Source: Adineta vaga (Eukaryota; Animalia; Rotifera). From it: a stretch of 64,000 bases of DNA. Where the stretch lies: NCBI GenBank assembly GCA_021613535.1, contig CP075492.1, forward strand, positions 9,300,001 through 9,364,000, written 5' to 3'. Numbering within the stretch: the stretch's first letter is position 1; every line of letters starts with the position of its first letter. Of this stretch, positions 40,277 through 54,349 are shown in pieces. The position numbers and the translations under genes were made by a program. The notes beneath the pieces are model-generated. The model was not told the DNA's origin. It made no database searches and saw nothing but the letters and a program-made list of their open reading frames with translations.

Positions 40277-43200
40277 CAACAGATTGCTAAAGGATTAATG
40301 ATAAATGGACGACAAGCTCTACGAGACTATGAAGATGAGCTGTTACACTTAGATTCCAAAATATTGGAGCAAAATATGTCTAGGAATCCAAATGAGCTGT
40401 TATCTATTCTCAAAAAATACAATGAACAACAATGGAAAGCAGATATCAGTGAGAAATGGTTTCATATATTTCTTGAAAAAATGAAAAGTCAGTGTTACAC
40501 TGAATACGATTCTGTTTTAACACGAATTGCTGAATATGGTGGTTTTAAACTTATGAAAATCGATGTATTATTGTCTTTAACAATTCAATTCTTCGTTAAA
40601 TTCGAAGCTGATTCTGAAGAAAATCTTTCATTATTTGAACAAATATTTGATTCAATGCTAAGTGAAGGCTACGAATCTATTAAAACTTACGAAAACTGTT
40701 TTCTATCCAATCCATTGAATATTCAGATAGAGAATGAACAAAATGCCTTATATTTAGCTTTAAAATGTTATTTTCATTCATCATTAATTAACTTATTTAA
40801 TAAAGCACAAATTGATACAAATAATACTGAAGTATTGGAAACGATTTTAAATTGTGTTATGAAAGCTGGATGGTGGAAAGGTATTCATGACGAACGAGTG
40901 AGAGAAATCAATTCAATTGATATGAATGTTTTAATTGAAAAATTGAAAGACTACTTTAAGGAAAAAAATATTCCTATAACCAAGGAACCGTCTTCGTCTG
41001 ATAATCGAGAAATTGGTCAAGTACAAGAACCAGAACCAATCGAAGAACATCAAGTGGTTCTTATGTGTATTAGTCAAGATGAAAAACTAAAACTATCTGA
41101 TCTGGTCGCAGCAGGTGAATTAACATATATTAATCAAACTTTTACTCAGGTCATTGATACGATTATTAAAGATTATGTATCAAACCAAAGATTTTTATTA
41201 TTTATTAAAAGTTGCTTTACACCAATAATGTATCTCTTGAAAAGGTGTCAAAATTTAGATGATTTTTTCAAAAGTTTAGATCGAAAATATTCAAAATGTA
41301 AATTAACTGTTCGCAAACCGAAATTAAGTCTTCGCATGTTGATACATATTATATTAACAAATTCCGAATTATCTTTATCAAGAAAGATCATGTCTCTTTT
41401 GAGCAAAAGAAATCCTGTTCCATTTCTACAACCATCATTATCAAATCATCAAAATAACTATGTATTTGTTTCAAATATTACTCATGTTTGGGACTATTCA
41501 AGAGCAACACTTCTTTCTTTCGGTATCGGTCCATGTAAAGGCAAATCAACAATTCTTAATCGAATATTTCTTTCATCATTTGAACGATCTATGAATAGTA
41601 TCTATTTTCAAAATACAATCGATATTGATTTTGGTTATAGTTTTCTCAAACCACGATTAGTAAATATTGCTGATGTTCATGGATCGATCGATAAAACATT
41701 ATTAGAACGTATCCATCAATTATTTAATGGATTCTTGATTCATATTCAATACGAATATTTGCAAAACAATCGTGATTCGTGTCTCAATATTCTAAATGTA
41801 GTTAAAAACAATAAAAAATATTGTTTATTAATTATTCGTGATTGTCCCATCGAAGATCATGAGGATTGTGAAAGAGATTTACTATCGGAAATAATTGGCT
41901 ATGAAAAATATATTTTACCTAATGTATCTGATCAGAATGATCGCGATAATGAAGAGCTTATTTCAACATTAAATGACAAAATTTGGGATACTATGGCAGC
42001 AAAGTGTCCACAAATTTCATCCTCAACTAAAAATGATTTAGAAAATTTAATGGACGAAACATATAAACAAGAAATACATGAAATAGTGAAAGCGATTTTA
42101 CCATTAGAACAAGTGTTAATTGGTGCAGCTGATGGCAAAATTTCCGTGAATGATTGTTTTCCTGAATATCTGATATTTGCTAATTTATGTGAATTAAAAT
42201 CAAAATTAGCAAATTATAATTTCTATGGTAATGGAACTGATGAAGATATCGATAAAGTTCGACGAGAAATATTACAAAAAGAATATGAATTACAGAGTAC
42301 AAAAACATATCCAAGTCGTATTTATAAATTATTTTGTGATATTTTAAACGCACCCAATATGTTGATATGTCTCGATTCATTGATTACACAATTAAAACAA
42401 GCACGTATAAAATATGTATTACCGGCGGATATGGCAAGTAATATTCCTTTAGAAAAAAAACTATCTATCGATGTTTTATGGCGTAATACTATTATATGCA
42501 GTCAATATGAGACAGAAGAAGTACAACAACATCTTCGAAAACAATATTCGGAATATATCAAAGGCGGTTTTCCATTTGAAATTATCGATGGTGATAATTT
42601 CCATTTTCAATATTCATTTTTATATGAAACTTTACAACCTTTTCGTAACTATCGAACATTAGTTATCAGTATCATTGGACCACAAAATTCCGGTAAAAGT
42701 ACTCTATTAAATTATATGTTTGGAACTTTATTTGATGTTCGTGATGGTCGATGTACACGTGGAATTTATGGATCATTATTCAAAACGAATCGAACAGATT
42801 TTGAATATATAATGTTAATTGATACGGAAGGTTTACTAGGCGCCGAAGGACAAAACATTGAATATGATCGTCGTATTGTTTTATTCTGTTTAGCTGTTTC
42901 ACATTTAGTCATTGTCAATGTGGCAGGTGAAATTAATAATCCAATAAAACAAATCTTAACATTATGTGCAGAATCATTGAGCAAAATGGGTGTTACACAT
43001 ATTCCTCAGCCAACTGTGCATTTTGTTCTTAATCAAAGAGCAGATCCCGATATTGAAAAGAATAAAATAGCGATTGATATAATTACTACTGAAGTACGAA
43101 ATCTTGGTTTACACGAATCAATTATTATTAATGAAAATACTTTTCATGCACTTCCAGTAGCATTTCAATCCGAAGGTAAAACATTAACAACAAACAAGAA

Positions 43201-46200
43201 TTTATCTGGTATAATGAAAACTGTCTCTGAATTTATTGAATGTGTTCATTCATTATGTGGAAAAATTCTTGATTCTGTTGCAGATTGTTTAATTCAAACA
43301 AATGAATTCTTTTATCCATTACAATGGTTATCATCATCACAAACGATTTTTGATACCATTCAGAAATTTCCTGATCTTACTTATTATCAAGATATTCATG
43401 AAAGAGATTTAGACAAAATCTTACGTGAACATATTCAACATGATTTAACAAATATATTCTCGGATAAATATCGTCATCATTTCATTACCGAATCTTCGAA
43501 ACAAACTGAACAAGAACTTCGAGATTTATTTGAAAAAGAACAACAAAAGATTGATGAACAAACACGAAACAATCTTGAAGAACGATTCAAATTCTTAAAA
43601 GTTCCAAGTATACTGCGTCGACGAACTGAACAATTCTTGCGTGTACAAGTTAAACAGATGTTCAAAGGTTTACGTGTAGCGACTATTGCCATAAATGAAA
43701 GAGTAAAAGTTGAAGAACTTGTTAGCAAAGGTAAAGGTGAATTACAAGAACTAATTGAAAAACTAATCCAAAATGAACGAAAAAAATCAACAAATGAAAG
43801 AATGCAAAGCGATGATGTTAGAAATGAATTTGATAAAATGTTTGATCAAAAAATTCAAACCATTCGTTCAGCATTTGTTCCAGAAGAATGTCTTAAACAA
43901 GCTTATACAAATATTTATGCAAATTATAATATCTATGAAAAAGAATGTCTCTTGAAATTTCAAGATATTTATTCTGAACATTTGATATTTCTCTCAAATT
44001 CGAATCAATTCATTTCACAATTTTTAAGAGAAGGCTATAAAGCAAATTTAGTTAAAGTTCATCATTACAATCCAAATACAAATTATTCTTCAAATATGAT
44101 TAGAAGTCTTGTCTATTTAAATAAAGATTTACTAGAAAAAATCTTCAATGAATGTTACGAATCATCGGATATGATCGATAATCCAGATGTTTTTCAAATG
44201 AAGATCAGAAATGATATTCAAAACCAAAAATCTATTGAACAAGATGAATCAAAATTAGATGAAAGTCAAATGTATTTTCCAATATCAATCGTTTTTAAAG
44301 AAGTTATCGAACAAATTACAAAAACCATGCAATCTTTGGAAAATAATGAAGTAAGACAAATTCAAATGACATTAATACAAAAGATTGTCGGTCTTATTAA
44401 TTCATTAATAATCAATGTCAATACAGAATTGTCTCCATTTTGTCTAAGTTTATCTCGACCATTGAAATCAATATTTCATTCTTGTGCAATTATTTTACTT
44501 ACAAAATATTATTACAATGAACAAAAGAAGTACTTCGATGAAACGTTAGCAAAATTAGAAACGAAAAAAAATGATCTGAAACAATATTTTACAAATATGG
44601 TTGATCAAGGTACTGAACTTGATAAAGAATATACAATTAAACTTTGCAAAGATTTAAAAGAAACTTTCATTCAATTAATATTCAACGATGGACAAGACAT
44701 AATCGATAATATATTGAATAATTCTACATATCTCAATCGAAAATGGATACAGAATTCTTGTGATGATAAATTATTGATCAATCAAACAATTCAATTTATT
44801 TTAAAATATATACAAAATCCAACAGAATCTTTTGAACAATTATTCAACGAGAAATGGAATGAGATTGAAATGAAGATTAATCGAGAGTTGATATCAAAAA
44901 AATCATATTATGTTGGTATATTAATAGAATTTTTTACTTGTATGAATAGTAAGTGAATATCAAATAGAAACAATTGATTTAATATTGTTTATTTTTAGAT
45001 TTATTGAAAGAGATTGAACAGTTACCATCTTCAGTCAAATTAGCTGATGAAATATTTACAAGTAAAAATACAAATTCATTAAGTATGAACGAACAATTAA
45101 ATGATAAGAAGTGTTGTTTAACAATGCTACTAGATCGATATTTGACTAAGCGTAGTATACCTGATTCAATTGAACAGAATAATCAAAATTATATCGTTAA
45201 TACTGAAGCTGCTCGTCGTTTCAGTCATTATTCAAACCACATATACCAAGTGATGTTCTATCAAACATATTGGTAAAATCTTCACCTTTCAAACAAATTT
45301 CTATTGGAAATTTAGAGATATTTCTACAAGCTTTAAACGAACAGCGCAATAGTTTTATAATGGAATTAGAAAAAATTGATGTTTGTTTTAAAAGTGTTGC
45401 TAAACGAAACACCTATGAAGATCTTTTGGATAAAGTACTTGGATGTTCAAATCTTTGTCCATGTTGTAATCGGCCTTGTGATGTTGATCATACACAAATG
45501 CAATCGAAACCTGGTTCAATGGGTAATGAACATCGTTGTTTATCTGGGCATGCACTACGTGCCATGAATGGTTATAAGTTTGAAGTAACTCAAGAAGCAT
45601 CCTTACTAACGTGTGATCAAATAAAAAATGATTATATTGTTGTTGTTAATCAAAGACGTTATCAATGGTCTCGATTTAAAATGGATCATCCAGATTGGTT
45701 ATTTGATTTACCATTAAATAAAATGGAATTAAACGTCGTACATAAAAAATTTCGAACAATATGGGATAAAATTGGACCACAACTTTGTGAAGCATATGGC
45801 ATGAAATTCGTACAACATATTTCGGAGAGAACATGTGAACAAAAGATCCATGAAGCATATCATTTCATATTACTTTTGGATGCATCAGCATCGATGGGTG
45901 TAGTAAGTCGATGGGATTACTTAATGGATGCAGCTAAAGAATTTCTAGATCGTCGTCGAGAATTAAAAACGGACGATCGATTCACAATAATTGTCTTTTC
46001 CGACCAAACGGAAATAAAGATAAAAGGTCAAACAGTTGACGAAGTCGATCTAGAAATGATATCATATCTTGATGGGAGAACATCTTTTAGTGCTGCATTC
46101 ACTCGTGTTGCTGAAATAATCAATGAATTCAAAAATAAACCTAGTCCAAATTCAATCCATCAAAATTTTGCTATCGTCTTTATGACAGATGGAGAAGATG

Positions 46201-46430
46201 AGAATGATTCAACTAAAGAACTGGATCATTTAATTAATAATCATAAATCTGTTATTAAAAGATTTTGGACATTAGCACTTAGTGATCTTTGTTCTTCGAT
46301 GGAAACTTTGGAGAAAATCAATGAAAAAATGGGCGGTTCATTTTATGATATTCAGAATCCTGCTGGTCTACTTAATGTCTACGCTGAAGTGGCTACAAGT
46401 ACATTTATTCCCAACAATAATAATCAATAA
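40106..46430 (+). CDS. Very large inducible GTPase (VLIG; GVIN1/URGCP family) with C-terminal VWA domain, ~2,090 aa
   Basis: G1 VISIIGPQNSGKSTLLNYMFG, G2 GRCTRG, G3 IDTEG, preceded by GFPFEIIDGD; upstream degenerate P-loop GIGPCKGKST; GCxxxCPCCxRPC Cys cluster; VWA MIDAS LLDASAS...TSF...FMTDGED. Intron 44949-44998 and a 1-nt-deficit frameshift at ~45220. Confidence 0.9.
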
Positions 46431-46842
46431 TAAAATACTTGTATTGATGTGTGTGATTGCTGTTTCAGGGTGTTGACACCTTGAATAAAAACTGATTTTC
46501 TCATTGATGAAAAAAAAAGATAACCGATCAAATGATGTCTTTGATGTATCAATCATATCACTAAATCATTTCTTCTCAATAAGTTTCACACTCTATTGTT
46601 AGTCACAAAATCTTATTGATAATAACAAGTAAACAACTATGTTTGTATATAATCGGAAATGCGACTTTTCTTTTCTGTTTATCTGTTCATCATCATCATC
46701 ATCATCATACCGCACGTGTATAAGAACTATGATTGAATAAATATCACGATTATCTTTTCTTTCAACTCGTTTATATATATATACACAGCATACGAATAGA
46801 TATACATAAAACGAAAACAATCAATCACTGTTCGAAAGAAGA

Positions 46843-48368
46843 TTACATGCTCATTTGTTTTAAACTTAAATCCAACGGATCATTTTCGACTAATGAAGAT
46901 AATGATTCCATTGTCGATGAACATTCGTGAATATATGGCGAAACTTTACAAATTGATTTTTCAGTTGAATATGTTGATATATCAAATTCATATTGATGAA
47001 AGTTTGAGAGACGATCAAATATAGATGGTGGAACTTTAACCATTGTTGGAATAAATCGTATTCGACGTCGAGGTTTATTTAAACTCGGTGGTTTCTTTTT
47101 TAAAGCAAGTTTCTTTGGTTTTGTTTGGTTTTGACACGAATTCACTAGATCAGGTAATTGAACGAAAGATGTCGACGATTGTGGAATGTACCAATCATTT
47201 GTTGAACTTTGTGATCGACATATTTTTACTTTCAATGTCGAATCCATAGAGCTACTATTAGAAGATAATGATGATGTAATTGTTGGTGGTAAAACTTCAA
47301 TTTCTAATGGTACTGGTTGTTTCGATTGATGAATATGTTTAAGTATAGTTTGATATCCATATGGACTAATAACATATCGAATATCTAGTGATGAAATCAA
47401 TTTTACTTTATCGAAGATATCAAAACAAGAACATATATCAATCAATCGTTCGTCATCAATATTCAATGGAAACGATTGATAAAAAAGATCAATCTAAATG
47501 ATATATGATCAAGAAAGAGTATTCGAACTATTTTGAAATTTTTACTTTCAATAATGTCGATAGAGAATATTTGATTCGAAGAAATTTTTCAATTGATGAT
47601 AATGGTGTATGTGCTAGACATTCCAAATAACATTTGGATAATATTTTAGATGAATCATGCGAAAACACATCCGATGAACTAAAGAGAAATGAATTAGTTA
47701 CAACTAGCTATCGGCTATTCGCATTAACTGTACACATAGCCAACGGAAATTCATGCATTGTTTTTCAATGTGAACTAATTTAATTATAACATATAGATCA
47801 TCCAATGAAACTTACATATCCCAATAATCCAAATTAACATATATTTTTGTGTCGATATGAATATCTGTTGATTCTACAATAGACAATGAGATATACCTTT
47901 AGGCATTCATTTGACTTACTATTAATGGTTAGTAGAGATGATTTGCACGCGATTTTACCTAGATAATTATATGTGCATATCATATCATGAAAAGATAAAG
48001 ATAAAATCTTCTCTTACGTTGAAAGATTTTATACAATAGTCGTTGAAAAGTAAGATCAGATCTATAAAATGACTAGAAAGATAAGTTTCAGTGTTGATTT
48101 TTAGAAATTTACTTCAATGATTGTAATGGATTAATAATAATCATCTGACAGATTGGACACTTCTTCTGCTTGGATTGTTCGAAATAATTCACTATACATA
48201 ATTTACAAACTATAATAAACAGAAAATATTATTGTTAATCGAATACGTATGAGACTTACATCGATGAAAACATTCGTTAATGACTGTAGGTGAATGTAAA
48301 AGTTTATTACAGAGCAAACATGTGAAAAGTGAATCGAGTAAAGAAGTTTCAATAATGACTTTATCCAT
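46843..48368 (-). CDS. Polycomb group RING finger (PCGF/BMI1/Psc-like) protein, multi-exon
   Basis: Spliced exons read MDKVIIETSLLDSLFTCLLC...PTVINECFHR|FCKLCIVNYF...KCPIC...|SDLTFQRLLYKIF, matching the PCGF C3HC4 RING and following helix; Ser/Pro-rich tail in the last exon. Confidence 0.75.
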
Positions 48369-49602
48369 CTGAAAAGAATATATCATAGTGATGATGTTTC
48401 ACATATGGTTTGTCGAAAAAAAAGAAAAGGAGAAAAGAAAAACAAACGTTCACTAATTGAAAATGTGCTAAGGAAAAGGTCATTGAAAGAAAGATGAATG
48501 AACGTGCTGATCAGTGAATCACTATGATTATATAGTAAAAGAAAAAGTGAAAATTTCACACATTAAACAAGTAACGGTTCATAGATCGCAAGTATTGATC
48601 AGTGTGAAAACGATAGGTTCATTATATTGTCGAGTATCGAAATGATAATACAAAGAACAACTACAAGAAAAGCGAATATTGGAAAAATCTATCTCCAATG
48701 AAAATTTCATGCCGAATGCTTATATTGTTTAGATATTTGAAACAAGATAAGTACGTATCATTTTGAAACTTTTCACTCACATATGATGTTGAACAAACGA
48801 ACGAACGAACGAATGAGAAAAAATGCCGCTTTCTCGTTGGTCGAATGTATGTTTATGTAGGATAGAAGAAGAAAGTGTAACCTGATCATCATCGTCCTAC
48901 GAGCTATGACTGATTGATGATAGCTAGCTAGCTAGCTAGATATAGAATACAGAAATGATCGATAGATATGTTGTATGTGGACATTTTCAACAACATCTAT
49001 TGGTTGAATACAATTGGATAATATGTTCAATTTAAACTTTGAGATTACCTTCTCATTACCGAAGATATTCTTATAATCAATATAATAAAATTTATAGCTG
49101 ATTTCTTCTCTCTATCAATCTCAATGATATGTTCACGAGATAAGACCACTTGAATTAATTTGATTCCTCACCAAAAAAAAGAGATCATTGTTTACTGATC
49201 AATATAGGTACTTTTTACAATTGGATGATAAATAGAAATCATCTGTAGACATTGTAATATACATCAATGCATCCTGCAACAAAACTTTATTTTAACTCAA
49301 TTGAATCTTTCATATGATTGTAATTATAATTATAGTTAGTTTTTTTTCAACTATTGAATATTGCAGACATTTATTTAATTCAATTTGCATAATGTACTCC
49401 TTGGTCTATGTGTGTTCATCGATCTGCATTAAAGTCAGAATCAATTTCTTTGCATGAAAAACAAAGTGTGAGATGACGTCATATCTAGTAAGTTCATCAT
49501 CTATAATTATCGGAGTACATATAGACGGAATGATTTACTTCTAATAATCAATACAAGCCATAGAAATACAACAACTTGAAAAGAAAGAATAATACAATGT
49601 AT

Positions 49603-50810
49603 TTAGTTATGAATCGATAATGAACGTGTTGTTTGTTCAACAATGGTATCGATCATTTTTTCATGTTGAGCATTGGATCTTTCATTAATGCTTAGAAGAA
49701 GATCGAGAATATATTTCATTAAAGAATTTAAACGTTGTACACCACCAATGAATCCATATTGATAAATTAAATATTTCCAAAACATTGTAACAAATATATT
49801 TTGTATTTTAAATAGATCTATTGTATTTGATGTATTTCTACTAGTTCTTGAATTATCAGATGTAACTATTGAACAATTAGTTGAAAATGCTAGAATTAAA
49901 AGTAAAATTTTGATCAATGTTCCATTTGATTCTAAACGTGAAACAAAACGAATTGAATATTTTAAAATATCATAACCATAAACGGCATCACAACTAATAA
50001 GAAATGTCATATTATCAAGTGCACTAGTTTCACGTATGATAAAAAGACAATTCAATGTACCAGCTGTATCAGAATTATGTTGAATAAGTATTTGTTGACT
50101 AATAGTGGATAATTTTTTAAAATACGGCGAACATTCAACAAATGGTTGTAATGCTGATAGAAAGAATTTCAATACATCAATTGAGGCAGATGGTTTTGAT
50201 CGCAATTTCGGTGGTAAAGATGAATTTTGTTCCAAAAGATATTTAATACGTGGAATGATACCCGCTTTATCATAAGCATGAATAATATTCGAAAGAAGAT
50301 TCCATTCATCATTTGTTAATGTCGAACGATCATTTTGAAGAAGATTGATTGGTACTGGCTAATAGAACACGAAAAGAAGAATTCGAAATCTAGTTTTATG
50401 GCAAAACAAACCTTTGGCAATGGAAAATCAGTTGTATATGATTTGAAGCGATTGATTGATGATGATGATGATGATGACCATCGTCGTAGTAAATGATGAT
50501 TCATTCCAAGTAGATAACATTTCTTTAATCGACATGCTGAACAAATACCTCGTGTCATTTTTGTTATTTGACAATGATTATTTGATTTACATACAGGATC
50601 AACTTTCTTTGTTCATTGTTATGAAATAAAAATGAAAATATTTATTGGTACATATGAAAAAGAATAACATCTTACAAGAGATTTTTGTGCATGTCGTCGA
50701 AAGAATGTTTTACAAGACATACAGGTCATAACATCAAAATTAATACCACGCGCTACATCACCACAAACAAGACAGATTAACGGTAAACCACATGTTCGTT
50801 TTGTCACCAT
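49603..50810 (-). CDS. Nuclear hormone receptor (NR1I/J, VDR/HR96-like), 3 exons
   Basis: C4 zinc fingers CLVCGD..CMSCKTFFRR and CSACRLKKC; hinge NLLQNDRSTLTNDEWNLLSNIIHAYD; LBD-like C-terminus. Confidence 0.85.
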
Positions 50811-52206
50811 TTTATAAATTTTATTTCTATTTCATATACATTAAGTTCGTCTAAAACAAAAAATATAGTATGACACATGTTGTTTTTATATAAATCAGCA
50901 AAAAAATAATGGAAACATTCCGAATAACTGGTAGAATGTTTGTAAAGAAAAACAAATTTATGTTATCGACAGCTTAGTATGCTCTCATGTGAATACGGTT
51001 TTTGAGATGCATTTCCTTTTCGAAAGGAAAAAAGAAATGTCTAGTTAGAGTTAATGCACTGAAATTCCGCATCACTAGAATCAATAATGTATAATTTAAC
51101 AAATTTTAGATTAGAAATCATTTTGACATTGGACGAACTATTCTAAAGAACATTAAAATATAAATGATTTTTTTACATACTTTCTTTCTTTCTTTCTTTC
51201 TTTTTATCATTAGCAAATTGAGAAGCTAATGGAATTACTACAAGCTGATTCATTGACTTCTTTTCACCATAGAAAAACTATGTGAAGTGTTCATTCATAG
51301 CAAAATTTCTCTCCACTGGAATAATCAAAAAGATACGTACTCACTATATTTTGTAGAATACTTCATAACTAACATCATATCATGCCCATTATATGTACAA
51401 TTCGTTTTTTCTCTCCAACCGATACATATATATATATAACGAATGATATTATCTTCAAATCAGTTTTTTTTTCATTTCATGTACAATATGATTAGAAAAT
51501 TCCACATGTGATAAGTTTGTCTTGAAAATGTAATCAAGATACGATTTATTTACATTCATAAATACACAAAAACAAGAGATCAAAGTTATTAATGAAACCA
51601 TATGGTTCGTATTGTGCTTTTTCTTTCATTGATATTTTATTTATTCATGGTATAGATGACTGAAGTCATTTTATTACCTTGATAAACTTTCTATTTCGAA
51701 GGCAATCTTGAGAAAAGCAATTAACCGATGAAATTGGAATTTGTACTCTTTTTTTTACATAAATAAAAGATATATTTTCCTAGACTTTTGAAAGTATGAG
51801 ATATAGCAAATATCTTTGCCTGGAAATGTCAAAATTCTTAAGAACAACTGCATATTTTCTACAGTCAGATAATCATCATACATCTTCTCAGTCTTGAAGA
51901 CACATATGTCGAAAAGTCCTGTTTTTAATTTATTAAATTTCAAGTTATTCTATATGAGATATAGGGAAAAAAGAGAATGTTGTTCAATCTATAAACAAAA
52001 GAAAACGAAACATAGTGACAACAATGATGTAAACAAAACAATCAAATACGAAAGAAGAAGAAAACATGCATATAAACAGGATTAATAAATAATAGAAGAC
52101 GAAATCTTCATTGAAACGTTTGCATATACAACAAAAGAACAAGAAAATTGAAGTCAAGCGAGAAGATTTATGTCGTTCTACGATACAATAACTGTCAAAA
52201 TTCGGC

Positions 52207-54174
52207 TCATACTTTTTGTCGTTTACGATGAACGACGGATGCTGTGGTTGAATCAACAAAATGATCACTTTCAGTAATACGTATACGAACTAATGCAATC
52301 TCTTGTCCATTCATTGTTTCCATTGCTGTATCCGCACTGTTTTCATCACTGTACATAACATAGCATAATTGAGGATTGACTATACGAATATCAATTAGAT
52401 TTCCAAAACGATTGAATACATCACGAATATAATCTTCTGATATTGCACGTTGAGGTATTATTTGTAGAGTTTTAGCAATCTAGAAATTCATTCATTTAAT
52501 CACTGAATCGATTATCGATTGAACTTACAGGTGTATCAAATGATGCATATTTTTGTTTTGGTGGTAATGGTATATTACAAAAATCAACTGCTTGTTCTTG
52601 GCTACCTTGTAAATTACTCATCTATATAAGAAGAATGGATTGTCTCATTCATAAGAAAGCAATTAGATTTACTTGATGGATCAACTGTCCAATTCCTGAT
52701 GTATCACCATATTTTCCATTTTGAATTTTTTGAATCAAATCATTAAGAATTCTATGAAAAGATGAATGTTTATTATTCAAATTTTATTAGTTTTATTGTT
52801 ACTTTTCATCGTAATATTGAACAGATAACATTTCGCCATCAGGAAATTGAAATGCATGTAATTTTTCACGTGCATATGTAGCAAATTGACAGGATTTATA
52901 ACGAACAATAAAATAATCTAAATTTGAAATGTATATATATATAGCAAATTAACTTTCCATTTCACATACGTTCATTGAATGTATTTAAATTTAAAAATGA
53001 ACATTCTTCCATATGTGGTACAAGATCAAATAATTTTGATATATGATATTCTGTTATGGTTTTTCCACAACGAACTATTAAACGACATTCAATATTATTA
53101 TCGAGGAGATGATAGGAAGATGATGTTATAGTTTGATCTAAAGGAGAAACGAAAAAAATCTTGTTTTGAAAATAAATGATGACGAACTTGATGGTAACGG
53201 AAGGAGAGGAGGTGGCGATGGTCGACGATCTGTTGAAGGTGAAGAGTATTGTTTAGCAATTGACAATTTTTGACGATACGGAGGAGATACAGCGCCATAT
53301 AAGGATGCAGATGAAGATAAGATTTCTTCGGCATCTCGATGACGTTTCGAAGAAAATGGTTCAGCAAATTTTGGTTTGTAAACTATGAGATTAATATACA
53401 TTTAATACTTTGTAATTGATACTGAAGAGTATGACTTACTTGGATCACATTCTTCAAGTGCATATGCAGCTTCTGACGCTTTCGAAAATGAAATATAAGC
53501 AAATCCTTTATTTTCACCGGTTAATTTGTCAACAATAATTTTAACATGTATAATCGAACCATATTTCTAAATAAAGAACTTCTTTCTTATCTCTTTCATA
53601 CAACTAAATGGATTATTACTTGAAATACTTTACGTAGATCATCTTTACTGGTATGTCTTGTTATTACCACAAATAATCGTAGCATTTTTTCATGTTCATC
53701 TGGATCACGTACACTACCTTCACGACGTGAACTTGATATGATAGTCTAGAAGGAAAAGAAAATAATTTCAATGATGAAATAAAAATTCAAATCTCTACTT
53801 TTAATGGTCGTGTATGTGGAGAGATAACTATTCCATTCATTTCTTCCATTGCTCGAGCAGCTGCAGAAGCTTTTTCATATTTAATATAAGCAATTCCTAT
53901 TTTTGAAGAAATATAATAATTCAATTGTAAAATTCGATTTTTCAATACCTTTGCTCTCTTGATTTCGTCGATCTCGTACCATATGAATATCTTGAATAAT
54001 TCCATGAACTTGAAATGCTTGACGTAATTCATCTTCTGATATTTCTTTTGGAATAAGTAAAAAGAGTCGACTAAATGGTGGATCATCAACATCAGCTGTT
54101 TTACTATATGTTGATTGTCGTTTAGTATGAGAATCTAATGATGTATCTCGACTTCGATTTAATTTCTTCATCAT
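52207..54174 (-). CDS. RBM45: RNA-binding protein 45-like (multi-RRM)
   Basis: DDPPFSRLFLLIPK, GIAYIKYEKASAAARAMEEMNG, RPLKV, further RRM exons (KGFAYISFSKASEAAYALEEC); many short introns. Confidence 0.85.
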
Positions 54175-54349
54175 ATTTTTAGAAAAGTATTTTCTATTCA
54201 TATACAAATCTATGTGATCATCAACAATCGATGTTTTATATCTATATCTATTTTTTATTTATTTTCTTACTTCTACTTCACATAACATATGATTTTCTAT
54301 AAAAGATGGCGCTATGATTCAGTTTTTTTTGTTGTTATAAAATTTACAT

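Noticed and set aside
48795-48940. (AACG)n and (TAGC)n short tandem repeats
   Set aside because: Ordinary microsatellites with no further structure.
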